Counted from the stretch's first letter, positions 27,571 to 35,625 are shown. The stretch: 64,000 nt of DNA from Oscillospiraceae bacterium (GCA_045606085.1 JAZURJ010000035.1:9032-73031), one strand, 5' to 3'. Numbers and translations: made by a program. The notes: a model not told the origin generated them from the sequence alone.

Positions 27571-27908
27571 GTCAGCAGTGACCTCAGCGAAGCGGCGATG
27601 ATGAGCACTCCAAACACCCTGTGCAGCCACACGGAGCTTATCCTACGCAGGCACAGCGACCCAACGGCAGCACCGATAAGTCCCCATGGGATATACTTCC
27701 ACGCCGCCGAAAAATCCAGACCGCCGTTAAGACCATACGCCGCTGCCGTAACAAGACTGAGCACGAATATAAGTGCCACAGAGCTTGCGTGTGCCTGCTG
27801 CGGTGTACAACCATCCCGCTCAAGCACAGGAACAGCTATAACGCCTCCTCCCGAACCGAATATACCGTTCAGACCGCCGCAGAGCATTCCTTTCAGAAAT
27901 CGTTTCAT
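27567..27908 (-). CDS. Half-size TauE/SafE-family membrane protein (first half)
   Basis: 113 aa, about 4 TM segments, N-terminal GIFGSGGGVIAVP motif typical of TauE/DUF81 repeats. Confidence 0.7.
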   Translation of the reverse strand: MKRFLKGMLCGGLNGIFGSGGGVIAVPVLERDGCTPQQAHASSVALIFVLSLVTAAAYGLNGGLDFSAAWKYIPWGLIGAAVGSLCLRRISSVWLHRVFGVLIIAASLRSLLT

Positions 27909-28044
27909 GTTATCACCCGTAATACTATTTCCGTAAAAACTGCTTATATTACAGGAATTAACCCCCAGACCGAAATATCCTCCCCGAAGGGAGGATATCC
28001 GGCATATATTTTCTTGCCCGGAGAATTTGGGCAGGAGAAACGAA

Positions 28045-28791
28045 TTATTCGTACTCTACGACATCTACCCAGCTTAACAGGAACTCACGCTCTTCGGGCT
28101 TGCCCTTAACGAGCTGGGATGCCGCAACGATGGGCATCCACTTCTGGATGTACTGCTTTGCAGTGTCGCTCTTCTTGCTGAAGAGATTGAGATAATCGTA
28201 TGCAAGCTCAGGCTGGCCAGCAAGATTAAAAAGCAGATAGGTACGGGCTACGTCAGCAGAAGCATTGCCCTGTGTTACGTGGGACCAGTCAAGGATATAG
28301 GGTGTACCATCGCTTTTTACAATGATGTTGGAGGGGTTGAAATCACCGTGGCACACCTTGGTGTGCTTAGGCATGCTCTCAAGACGAGTATGAAGCTCGT
28401 AACGTGTTGTGGCATCGAGATCAGCCTCGGATATCTTGCGGTTCATCTTGTCCTTCAGCTTGTTCAGCATGGGGCAGGTGGCGGTGTGTATCTTCATCTG
28501 CAGATCAACGAACAGGTTGAGATATTCATCCATCTTATCAGGATTCTCCTGCATAAGCTGTGCAAGAGTCTTGCCCTCTATGAACTCTGATACAATAGCC
28601 CACTTGCCGTCTGTCATCTTAACTTCGAGTATCTTGGGGACGTTTATGCCGATGTTCTCTACACGCGACTGGTTGAGTGCCTCGTTGAGCACGTCAGGCT
28701 TTGCGTAACCCTCGTCGAACACCTTAACAGCAGTATCACCCTCACGGTAGATAGTCTTGCCGTTTCTTACTGCAATAGTATTGTCTGACAT
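28045..28791 (-). CDS. Aminoglycoside/choline-kinase-like phosphotransferase family protein
   Basis: Catalytic-loop motif VCHGDFNPSNIIV and ILDWSH. RBS GAGGAGG. Confidence 0.8.
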   Translation of the reverse strand: MSDNTIAVRNGKTIYREGDTAVKVFDEGYAKPDVLNEALNQSRVENIGINVPKILEVKMTDGKWAIVSEFIEGKTLAQLMQENPDKMDEYLNLFVDLQMKIHTATCPMLNKLKDKMNRKISEADLDATTRYELHTRLESMPKHTKVCHGDFNPSNIIVKSDGTPYILDWSHVTQGNASADVARTYLLFNLAGQPELAYDYLNLFSKKSDTAKQYIQKWMPIVAASQLVKGKPEEREFLLSWVDVVEYE

Positions 28792-28849
28792 TGATTTTTC
28801 CTCCTCAAATATCGGTTCTGTTCACGAAACTCACGCGAACACGTAATTA

Positions 28850-31477
28850 TCAGTTGAGCTTGGTGGTCTTGCCGTAGTATGCGTTGAGGTACATCTCCCT
28901 GATCTCCTTCATCAGCGGATATCTGGGGTTAGCACCTGTGCACTGATCGTCAAATGCCTGCTCTACCATATCGTCGAGGCGGTCGAGGAAGTCCTTTTCG
29001 TCAATGCCGTAGTCCTTGATAGTCTTCTTGATACCGATCTTCTCCTTGAGGTCATCGATCTTTGCAATAAGGCCCTCGACCTTGTCAGCATCTGTCTTGC
29101 CCTTTACGCCGAGATAATCAGCGACCTCAGCATACTTTGCGAGGGTACAGGGGTGATCGTACTGGGAGAATGTACCCATCTTTGCGGGAGCTTCCGCAGA
29201 GTTAAAGCGGATAACTTCATTGATGAGCAGAGCATTTGCAACACCATGAGGCAGGTGGTGGAACGCACCCAGCTTATGTGCCATGGAGTGGCATACACCG
29301 AGGAAAGCATTTGCGAATGCCATACCGGCCATTGTAGCTGCATTTGCCATCTTCTCTCTTGCAACAGGATCGGCGGGAGCATCGGGAGCAGCACTCTCAT
29401 ATGCCCTGGGGAGATAATCGAAGATCATCTTCAGGGACTGCTTTGCAAGACCGTCGGTATAATCTGTTGCCATTACGGATACAAGAGCCTCCAGATCATG
29501 AGTTACTGCGTCAATACCGGAAGCGGATGTCAGACCCTTAGGACCGCTCATCATGAGATCGCAGTCAACGATAGCCATGTTGGGAAGCAGCTCGTAATCT
29601 GCAAGAGGATACTTGGTGCCTGTCTTCTCGTCAGTGATAACTGCGAAGGGGGTCACCTCGGAGCCTGTACCTGCAGATGTGGGGATAGCTATGAAGTAAG
29701 CCTTTTCGCCCATCTTGGGGAATGTATATACTCTCTTGCGGATATCGATAAATCTCATCGCCATATCCATGAAGTCAGCCTCGGGATGCTCATAAAGTAC
29801 CCACATGATCTTTGCAGCGTCCATTGCAGAGCCGCCGCCCACTGCGATGATGCAGTCAGGCTCGAAGCTTCTCATTGCTGCTGCACCTGCCTTAGCGGAT
29901 GCAAGTGTAGGATCAGGCTCTACATCGGAGAATGTTGTATGGGTGATGCCCATCTCATCCAGCTTATCGCTTACGCACTTTGTATAGCCATTCTTGTAGA
30001 GGAAGGAGTCTGTTACGATGAACACTCTCTTCTTGCCCATTACCTGCTTGAGCTCGGTGAGGGCTACGGGCAGACAGCCCTTCTTGATATAAACCTTTTC
30101 AGGTGCACGGAACCAGAGCATATTCTCTCTCCTCTCAGCCAGTGTTTTGATATTCAGCAGATGCTTTACGCCAACGTTATCGGAAACGGAGTTACCGCCC
30201 CAGCTACCGCAGCCCAGTGTGAGGGAGGGAGCAAGCTTGAAGTTGTACAGATCGCCGATACCGCCGTGGGAGGAGGGTGTGTTGATGAGCATACGGCAAG
30301 CCTTCATACGCTCTGCATACTGCTCGATCTTCTCACGCTCTGTGATCTCGTTGATATAAAGGGACGCTGTATGACCAAAGCCGCCGTCCTGAATAAGTCG
30401 GTCAGCCTTGTCAAGAGCCTCAGCAAAATTCTTAGCCTTGTACATAGCAAGTACGGGAGAAAGCTTCTCGTGAGCGAATTCCTCGGAGATATCCACGCTC
30501 TCCACCTCGCCGATGAGTATCTTGGTGCTCTCGGGCACCTTAACACCCGAAAGCTCGGCAATTCTATATGCAGACTGACCAACGATCTTGGCGTTAAGTG
30601 CACCGTTGATGATGATGGTCTTACGTACCTTGTTGATCTCGTCTTCCTTGAGGAAGTAACAGCCACGCAGCTCGAATTCCTTCTTCACCTTGTCGTAGAT
30701 CTTGCCGACAGCTATAACAGACTGCTCAGAAGCACAGATCATACCGTTATCGAATGTCTTGGAGTGGATGATGGAGCTTACTGCCTTGAGAACATCAGCA
30801 GTGTCGTCGATGATAGCCGGAGTGTTACCTGCACCTACACCGAGAGCGGGCTTGCCACTGGAGTAAGCAGCCTTTACCATGCCGGGACCGCCTGTTGCGA
30901 GGATGATGTCAGCCTCCTTCATAACGGTGTTGGTAAGCTCAAGGGAGGGGATGTCGATCCATGCGATGATATCCTCGGGAGCACCCGCTGCCACAGCAGC
31001 CTCCAGAACGATCTTTGCAGCCTCGATAGTGGACTTCTTAGCTCTGGGGTGAGGGCTGATGATGATACCGTTTCTGGTCTTGAGGGATATCAGGGTCTTG
31101 AAGATGGCGGTGGATGTGGGGTTAGTGGTAGGGATAACAGCAGCTACTACGCCGATAGGCTCTGCCACCTTACAGATGCCGTATGCCTCGTCACGCTCGA
31201 TGATGCCGCAGGTCTTTGTGTCCCTGTAAGCGTTGTAGATGTGCTCTGCAGCATAGTTATTCTTGATGACCTTGTCCTCAACGATACCCATGCCTGTTTC
31301 CTCGACTGCCATCTTTGCAAGGGGGATACGCTGCTTGTTTGCAGCAGACGCAGCAGCAAGGAAGATCTTATCCACCTGCTCCTGTGTGTACTCGGCAAAC
31401 TTCGCCTGAGCCTTTCTTACCCTAGCGAAAGCGGCTTCCAGCTTTTCAACGCTGTCAACGATCTCGTAGTTCTTCAT
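28850..31477 (-). CDS. adhE: Bifunctional acetaldehyde-CoA / alcohol dehydrogenase
   Basis: 875 aa. N-terminal ALDH domain (ICASEQS) and C-terminal Fe-ADH domain (GGGSAMDAAK, HSMAHKLG). RBS AAGGAG. Confidence 0.97.
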   Translation of the reverse strand: MKNYEIVDSVEKLEAAFARVRKAQAKFAEYTQEQVDKIFLAAASAANKQRIPLAKMAVEETGMGIVEDKVIKNNYAAEHIYNAYRDTKTCGIIERDEAYGICKVAEPIGVVAAVIPTTNPTSTAIFKTLISLKTRNGIIISPHPRAKKSTIEAAKIVLEAAVAAGAPEDIIAWIDIPSLELTNTVMKEADIILATGGPGMVKAAYSSGKPALGVGAGNTPAIIDDTADVLKAVSSIIHSKTFDNGMICASEQSVIAVGKIYDKVKKEFELRGCYFLKEDEINKVRKTIIINGALNAKIVGQSAYRIAELSGVKVPESTKILIGEVESVDISEEFAHEKLSPVLAMYKAKNFAEALDKADRLIQDGGFGHTASLYINEITEREKIEQYAERMKACRMLINTPSSHGGIGDLYNFKLAPSLTLGCGSWGGNSVSDNVGVKHLLNIKTLAERRENMLWFRAPEKVYIKKGCLPVALTELKQVMGKKRVFIVTDSFLYKNGYTKCVSDKLDEMGITHTTFSDVEPDPTLASAKAGAAAMRSFEPDCIIAVGGGSAMDAAKIMWVLYEHPEADFMDMAMRFIDIRKRVYTFPKMGEKAYFIAIPTSAGTGSEVTPFAVITDEKTGTKYPLADYELLPNMAIVDCDLMMSGPKGLTSASGIDAVTHDLEALVSVMATDYTDGLAKQSLKMIFDYLPRAYESAAPDAPADPVAREKMANAATMAGMAFANAFLGVCHSMAHKLGAFHHLPHGVANALLINEVIRFNSAEAPAKMGTFSQYDHPCTLAKYAEVADYLGVKGKTDADKVEGLIAKIDDLKEKIGIKKTIKDYGIDEKDFLDRLDDMVEQAFDDQCTGANPRYPLMKEIREMYLNAYYGKTTKLN

Positions 31478-31568
31478 AGTTGTACTCTCCTTAAAATATA
31501 TGCTGTGCAGTGCCCTGCACTCTATGCCGTAAACATTTATCCGGAGCTATTATTCGCCCCTTGAGCAT

Positions 31569-31597
31569 ATTTTACACCCTTGTTAAACTTTTGTCAA
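31569..31597 (-). promoter_or_regulatory. Sigma-A type promoter of adhE
   Basis: Minus strand reads TTGACA, 17 nt, TAAAAT, with GTG upstream (extended -10). Confidence 0.6.
31580..31597. promoter_or_regulatory. Candidate Rex (redox repressor) operator overlapping the adhE -35
   Basis: TTGTTAA-ACTT-TTGTCAA versus the clostridial Rex consensus TTGTTAA-N4-TTAACAA. One half is perfect and the other has 2 mismatches. Confidence 0.35.
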
Positions 31598-31701
31598 TAG
31601 CATTTTTCAAATTTGTAAGAATTACCGTTAAACAACGTTTGTCTAAAAAAATATAGTGTATTATGTACAATAGCGTTACATTACACGGAACACCGGAACA
31701 T

Positions 31702-31730
31702 TTGACAACAGACGTGATATGTGGTATCAT
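31702..31730 (+). promoter_or_regulatory. Sigma-A type promoter for the flavodoxin-like gene
   Basis: TTGACA, 17 nt, TATCAT, with TGG upstream. Confidence 0.55.
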
Positions 31731-31758
31731 TGAATTACCACAAGAAAGGAAGATCATC

Positions 31759-32244
31759 ATGAAGGCAATCGTATACGAATCAAACACAGGATTTACAGAG
31801 CGTTACGCAAAGATACTGAGTGAAAAGACAGGTGTTCCCGCATATTCACTTTCTCAGGCAAAAAAGCAGGTAGAAAAGGGCGAGGAGATCGTTTTCCTCG
31901 GCTGGGTCTTTGCAAACAAGATAAGCGGATTTGACAAGGCACGTAAAAGATGGAACGTTGCGGCCGTCGGTGCTGTCGGAATGAATCCCTGTTCCGATCA
32001 GAACACACAGATCGTCCGTGATGCAAACAAACCCGAATGTCCCCTGTTCTATATGTGGGGCGGTCTCGACAACAGCAAGCTGAAGGGTCTGAACAAGATG
32101 ATGCTTGGCATGGTACGTGACAGCCTTATCAAAGAGAACAAGCCCGAATACGCTGACGCGATCAAAGTGTTCAGGGAGGGCGGAGATTTCGTTTCCGAAG
32201 AGTATCTCGAGGAGTTCATCGCTTTCATGCTGATGAAGATGTAA
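31759..32244 (+). CDS. Flavodoxin-like domain protein
   Basis: MKAIVYESNTGFTERYA start, typical of short flavodoxin-fold proteins. The ATG at 31759 follows GAAAGGAAG, inside ORF 31663..32244. Confidence 0.55.
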   Translation: MKAIVYESNTGFTERYAKILSEKTGVPAYSLSQAKKQVEKGEEIVFLGWVFANKISGFDKARKRWNVAAVGAVGMNPCSDQNTQIVRDANKPECPLFYMWGGLDNSKLKGLNKMMLGMVRDSLIKENKPEYADAIKVFREGGDFVSEEYLEEFIAFMLMKM

Positions 32245-32254
32245 TATACAAATC

Positions 32255-32287
32255 AAGGCTTCCCTTATCATAGGGAAGCCTTTTCTG
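32255..32287. terminator. Bidirectional terminator
   Basis: 11-bp stem AAGGCTTCCCT / AGGGAAGCCTT followed by TTTCTGTG. Confidence 0.85.
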
Positions 32288-32289
32288 TG

Positions 32290-32844
32290 TTATAACTGTT
32301 TTTTGAACTCCTCAAGAAAGCGGTGCAGCTTGCCAAGACACACGACCTCGGTTCGCTCTATCCCTGCCGCCTCAGTTATCTCGCCGAGAAGTGTACGAGC
32401 AATATCTTCATCAGTGAATTCTATCTCAAGTTCGTAGTCGGTCCTGCCGAAATAGCTGCTCTTGTCAAGGTCGATCTCGGCACCGTCTGTTTTCTTTACG
32501 CTGCGTCGTGTCGTTAATTCACCAAGGAGCTTTACATCAGGCATATCCTCACGTCCTGTGAGTGTGTTCAGCATTTCTGCTCCGAGAGCTTCGGGCAGTT
32601 CGCTGCCAAGCTCCTGCTCAAGCTCCACGCGTGAATAGCTGACGCCCGTGGGCAGCTTCACCTGCAGGTAATGCACTCCGTCTATCCTGCGTACACGGCA
32701 GGTGATGTGAGCATCGACCAACTGCAGATCATCTGTATCATAGTAGAAATTGGTCTGAGTTATTTCCCTGTCCCATTCATACATATTTTGGATACATTCG
32801 TACTGCTGCTGTGACAGTAACACCTTGAATTCGCTTTCTATCAT
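32290..32844 (-). CDS. CYTH-domain (triphosphate tunnel metalloenzyme) protein
   Basis: IESEFKVLL start (ExExK motif), RVRR, LEIEF strands. Confidence 0.75.
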   Translation of the reverse strand: MIESEFKVLLSQQQYECIQNMYEWDREITQTNFYYDTDDLQLVDAHITCRVRRIDGVHYLQVKLPTGVSYSRVELEQELGSELPEALGAEMLNTLTGREDMPDVKLLGELTTRRSVKKTDGAEIDLDKSSYFGRTDYELEIEFTDEDIARTLLGEITEAAGIERTEVVCLGKLHRFLEEFKKQL

Positions 32845-32852
32845 AGTATCTC

Positions 32853-33575
32853 CTATATATAGCCGAGAAGTCCACGCACGCTGACCTCTCCCGAATTTAC
32901 CTTTATACGCTCCTCGCCTATGCGGCAGATGAGCTGTCCGTCCTCTGCGATATCCTCGGCAAAGGCGGTGTGTTCCACCAGCGGAGAGATGATCTTTACT
33001 TCCCTGCCAACCGTCACGCTGCGGTTACGGTAAGCTTCAATGTAATGCTCAAAACTCATGAGCGAATAAAACAGTATACTCTCCGTAATTGAAAGAGCAA
33101 GCTCTTCCCTATCCGCTGTGACACCTGCCACGGACATCAGCGAGCCGCCGTGCGGTATTCCGCTGCGGCAAAAAAAATCGGCGGACTGGCTAACATTCAC
33201 GCCAACGCCGCATATTATGTCTGTACCGTCACCATCTGTCACGCTTTCGCATAAAATACCACAGAGCTTATGCCCGCGGAATATGATATCATTAGGCCAC
33301 TTTATGCCGAGGCTTTCGCCTATCAGCGGCTCAATAGCATCGCACACGGCAAGGCTCACTCCGAGAGTGACGAACTGCGGATAAGGCGGATCTCTCAGCA
33401 GCACGGATAGAGGGAGCATCCCCTCCTCGTCCAGCCATTCGTGACCCATCCTGCCCCTGCCTGCCGTCTGACGGAGAGCCGTCACCGCCGTGCCGTGGGG
33501 AAGCTCTGCACGATGCTGCTTCAGCCATGTGTTGGTGGAATCCGTCTCAGCGAGCTGTATCAACTTTATGATCAT
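32853..33575 (-). CDS. birA: Biotin-[acetyl-CoA-carboxylase] ligase (group I, no HTH)
   Basis: QTAGRGRMGHEW biotin-binding motif and KWPNDI. Confidence 0.9.
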   Translation of the reverse strand: MIIKLIQLAETDSTNTWLKQHRAELPHGTAVTALRQTAGRGRMGHEWLDEEGMLPLSVLLRDPPYPQFVTLGVSLAVCDAIEPLIGESLGIKWPNDIIFRGHKLCGILCESVTDGDGTDIICGVGVNVSQSADFFCRSGIPHGGSLMSVAGVTADREELALSITESILFYSLMSFEHYIEAYRNRSVTVGREVKIISPLVEHTAFAEDIAEDGQLICRIGEERIKVNSGEVSVRGLLGYI

Positions 33576-34063
33576 GCCTTTGTGATGTTCATTGCAATGA
33601 TGTTCATCTTGATCTCACCGCTGCTGGATATCTCAATAACGCCGTAGGTGGGTTTGTTGTGATTCCTGGGAGAATCAGGGCTGCCGGGGTTCATCACAAA
33701 TATGCCATCAACGATCTCGGTGCGGTAAAGATGTGTGTGACCATACAGTGCGATACGGCAATCATTGGCACGAGCTTCTGCGACAAGTTTGTCAAGACCG
33801 CTGTGAACATCCTGATAATGACCGTGGCAGCAGAATATCTTATAGCCGCTTACACTGACGGTCTGGAAGGATTTGTGCATACCGAAATCGCAGTTGCCTG
33901 CAACATATATCATCGCCTTGTCGGGATGGAGATTGTGTACGTCACGTGCCTCGTTCTCACCGTCGCCGAGGTGGATGAAAAGGTCTGCGTCAAGGTTTCG
34001 GTTAACTATTTCATTAAGCACAGCAAAATTTCTGTGTGTATCTGATACAACGATAATCTTCAT
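33572..34063 (-). CDS. YfcE/MJ0936-family metallophosphoesterase
   Basis: MKIIVVSDTHRN, HLGDG, GNCD, CHGH and GHTH motifs. Overlaps the birA start by 4 nt. The ATG at 34063 lies inside ORF 33572..34129. Confidence 0.85.
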   Translation of the reverse strand: MKIIVVSDTHRNFAVLNEIVNRNLDADLFIHLGDGENEARDVHNLHPDKAMIYVAGNCDFGMHKSFQTVSVSGYKIFCCHGHYQDVHSGLDKLVAEARANDCRIALYGHTHLYRTEIVDGIFVMNPGSPDSPRNHNKPTYGVIEISSSGEIKMNIIAMNITKA

Positions 34064-34233
34064 TGGTCTGTTTTCCTTTCGAAGGATAAGTTTTTTGTTA
34101 TTCTGTGCAGATAAATGACAGAAAAACATACTTGTCCAAGTATAACCTTAGATATTATAGCATAAGTTATTAAATAATAAAAGGGGTTTTATAAAATTTA
34201 CGGTAAATTTTTATTGTTCAGGGGGTATATCTG

Positions 34234-34467
34234 ATGAACGAGAAGGATTATGAGAAGCTGCTTGATTCCGCAAGCAGCAGGCTGGGCACTTCGCCCGACA
34301 AGCTGCGTCAGACACTGGAAAAGGGTGATATCGCATCACTGTCAGGCGGTCTTTCAAAAAGTGACAAGGCAAAGCTGCGACAGGTATTAGGTAACAAGGA
34401 GCTTATGGATAAGCTGAAAAAGGCATCCACACCTCAGGAGGTAATGAAACTGCTGGGCGGAATGTGA
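34234..34467 (+). CDS. Small hypothetical protein (77 aa, helical, K/L-rich)
   Basis: RBS AGGGGG 8 nt upstream. First of three tightly spaced small ORFs. Confidence 0.55.
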   Translation: MNEKDYEKLLDSASSRLGTSPDKLRQTLEKGDIASLSGGLSKSDKAKLRQVLGNKELMDKLKKASTPQEVMKLLGGM

Positions 34468-34492
34468 CAGGTGCTGGTGCAAAGGAGGTAGT

Positions 34493-34804
34493 ATGGATAA
34501 CATAGAGGAACTCCTCCGTGCACTGACCGAGGAGGACGATGGTTCACCCGAAGAAGATGAGCAGGAGCAGAATAATTCTGGCGGCGGACTATTCGGTGAT
34601 CTGGACCCGAATATGCTTCTCACCATGATGAGCCTGTTCGAAAGCATGAACAGACAGGACGACAACGAAAAGCTGCTGCTTGCACTGAAACCGCTGCTTC
34701 GCGAGGAGAACAGGGCGAAGATAGATACCGCAGTCAAATTCATGAAGCTGTTCGCATTGCTTCCGCTGCTGAAGGATAGCGGTATGCTTGGCAGGCTGCT
34801 GTGA
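34493..34804 (+). CDS. Small hypothetical protein (103 aa, acidic N-terminus, amphipathic C-terminus)
   Basis: RBS AAAGGAGG 5 nt upstream. Confidence 0.55.
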   Translation: MDNIEELLRALTEEDDGSPEEDEQEQNNSGGGLFGDLDPNMLLTMMSLFESMNRQDDNEKLLLALKPLLREENRAKIDTAVKFMKLFALLPLLKDSGMLGRLL

Positions 34805-34817
34805 CGGGAGGTGTGAC

Positions 34818-35075
34818 ATGGTCTGGTATAACGGAGGCTCTGACCTGTATGATGCAGTGGAGCGGCACAACTCAAAGGCGTCTGCACCTGAAACGGAGCC
34901 TGTTCACAAAGTCAGCGAGAAGTGCTGTCCGACGCCTGAACGGCATAAAGGACCGCTGGAAATGCTGTTCAAAGACAGGGACGCAATGCTTCTGACTGCG
35001 TTGCTGTTGATACTTATGCACGAAAAAGCCGATAAAAAGCTGATTCTGGCACTCGCTTTTGTGCTGTTTTCGTGA
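34818..35075 (+). CDS. Small hypothetical protein (85 aa) with a C-terminal hydrophobic segment
   Basis: ATG at 34818 is preceded by GGGAGG. Contains LLTALLLILMHEKADKKLILALAFVLF. Lies inside ORF 34788..35075. Confidence 0.5.
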   Translation: MVWYNGGSDLYDAVERHNSKASAPETEPVHKVSEKCCPTPERHKGPLEMLFKDRDAMLLTALLLILMHEKADKKLILALAFVLFS

Positions 35076-35101
35076 AAATTCTTGAAATTGCAGTCAGGTA
35101 C

Positions 35102-35130
35102 TTGAAAAAAAACGCAGTATCGTTTATAAT
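35102..35130 (+). promoter_or_regulatory. Sigma-A type promoter of the cysES leader
   Basis: TTGAAA, 17 nt, TATAAT. Confidence 0.7.
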
Positions 35131-35136
35131 AAATAC

Positions 35137-35625
35137 ATGAATAGTGATAAAGGCTATCACGCAGTCAGAGTAACCTCTCTCCCGTCCCACAGAGAGCCGC
35201 AGCAGGTGGAAGTGCGGCGGACGGAATTGGTGAAAGTGCGGCTGCCAGCCGATGAGGGGAACAGAAGGCTCAGTATCCTCATCCGTATCTCTGCGTTAAA
35301 GGGTAATGAGGGACTTTCGGGTTTGACGAAGCAGGTACTGCTCTCCATCTTCGGGTGGCAGGAATGCTGCAGATGCGAGGAAAAATCACCGAAGGCGTAC
35401 TTTGTGTACGTCGAGAGTGGTTTTGACGAAGCAGGTGCTGCTCTCCATCTTCGGGTGGCAAGAATGCTGCAGATGCGAGGAAAAATCACCGAAGGCGCAC
35501 TTTGTGTACGTCGAGAGTGGTTTTGACGAAGCAGGTGCTGCATTATTGACAGCCGAAAAAGTCCGAAGCGAAGTGGAACCGTGATCTAGCATCGCCTTCG
35601 CACCATCTGGTGCGGAGGTTTTTTT
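35137..35625 (+). promoter_or_regulatory. T-box riboswitch leader (tRNA-Cys type) controlling cysE-cysS, unusually long
   Basis: Stem I motifs AGAGUA (35166-35171) and CAGAGAGCCGCAGCAGGUGGAAGUGCGG (AG bulge / distal loop), with a candidate UGC specifier at 35237-35239. T-box and antiterminator: GCGAAG-UGGAACC-GUGAU..AUCGC-CUUCGC (35568-35601), where the UGGA bulge fits a U73 discriminator. A competing terminator CCUUCGCACC-AUCU-GGUGCGGAGG plus U7 sits at 35595-35625. Confidence 0.85.
35319..35541 (+). repeat. Tandem repeat inside the T-box leader: 2.23 copies of a 100-nt unit
   Basis: Copies at 35319-35418, 35419-35518 and partial 35519-35541. Copies 1 and 2 differ at 4 positions by manual alignment. 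The partial copy is identical to copy 2. Confidence 0.95.

Noticed and set aside
26745-27601. ORFs 26745..27146 (minus) and 26960..27601 (plus) overlapping rplL, the terminator and the TauE half-genes.
   Set aside because: They are Ala/Ser/Arg-rich translations of the alanine-rich rplL sequence and of the antisense membrane genes. One crosses a strong terminator hairpin, which makes it implausible as a gene.
29153-31564. 803-codon stop-free ORF on the plus strand, exactly antisense to adhE.
   Set aside because: The minus-strand product is an unmistakable AdhE. The plus-strand translation is Cys/His/Leu-rich low-complexity sequence with no RBS or recognisable motif. This is a typical mirror-frame artefact of strong codon bias, which avoids codons whose complements are stops.
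35319-35541. Considered whether the tandem repeat could be a small CRISPR array or a MITE.
   Set aside because: The copies are directly abutting, with no unique spacers. There are no terminal inverted repeats and no cas genes in the window. The period (100 nt) and context (inside a riboswitch leader) do not fit CRISPR.
35137-35592. Several 60-129-codon ORFs on both strands across the cysES leader.
   Set aside because: The region has the hallmarks of a T-box RNA, and the ORFs owe their length to the 100-nt repeat. Only the speculative leaderless frame is kept, as a low-interest finding. The others, especially the minus-strand ones, are rejected as coding.
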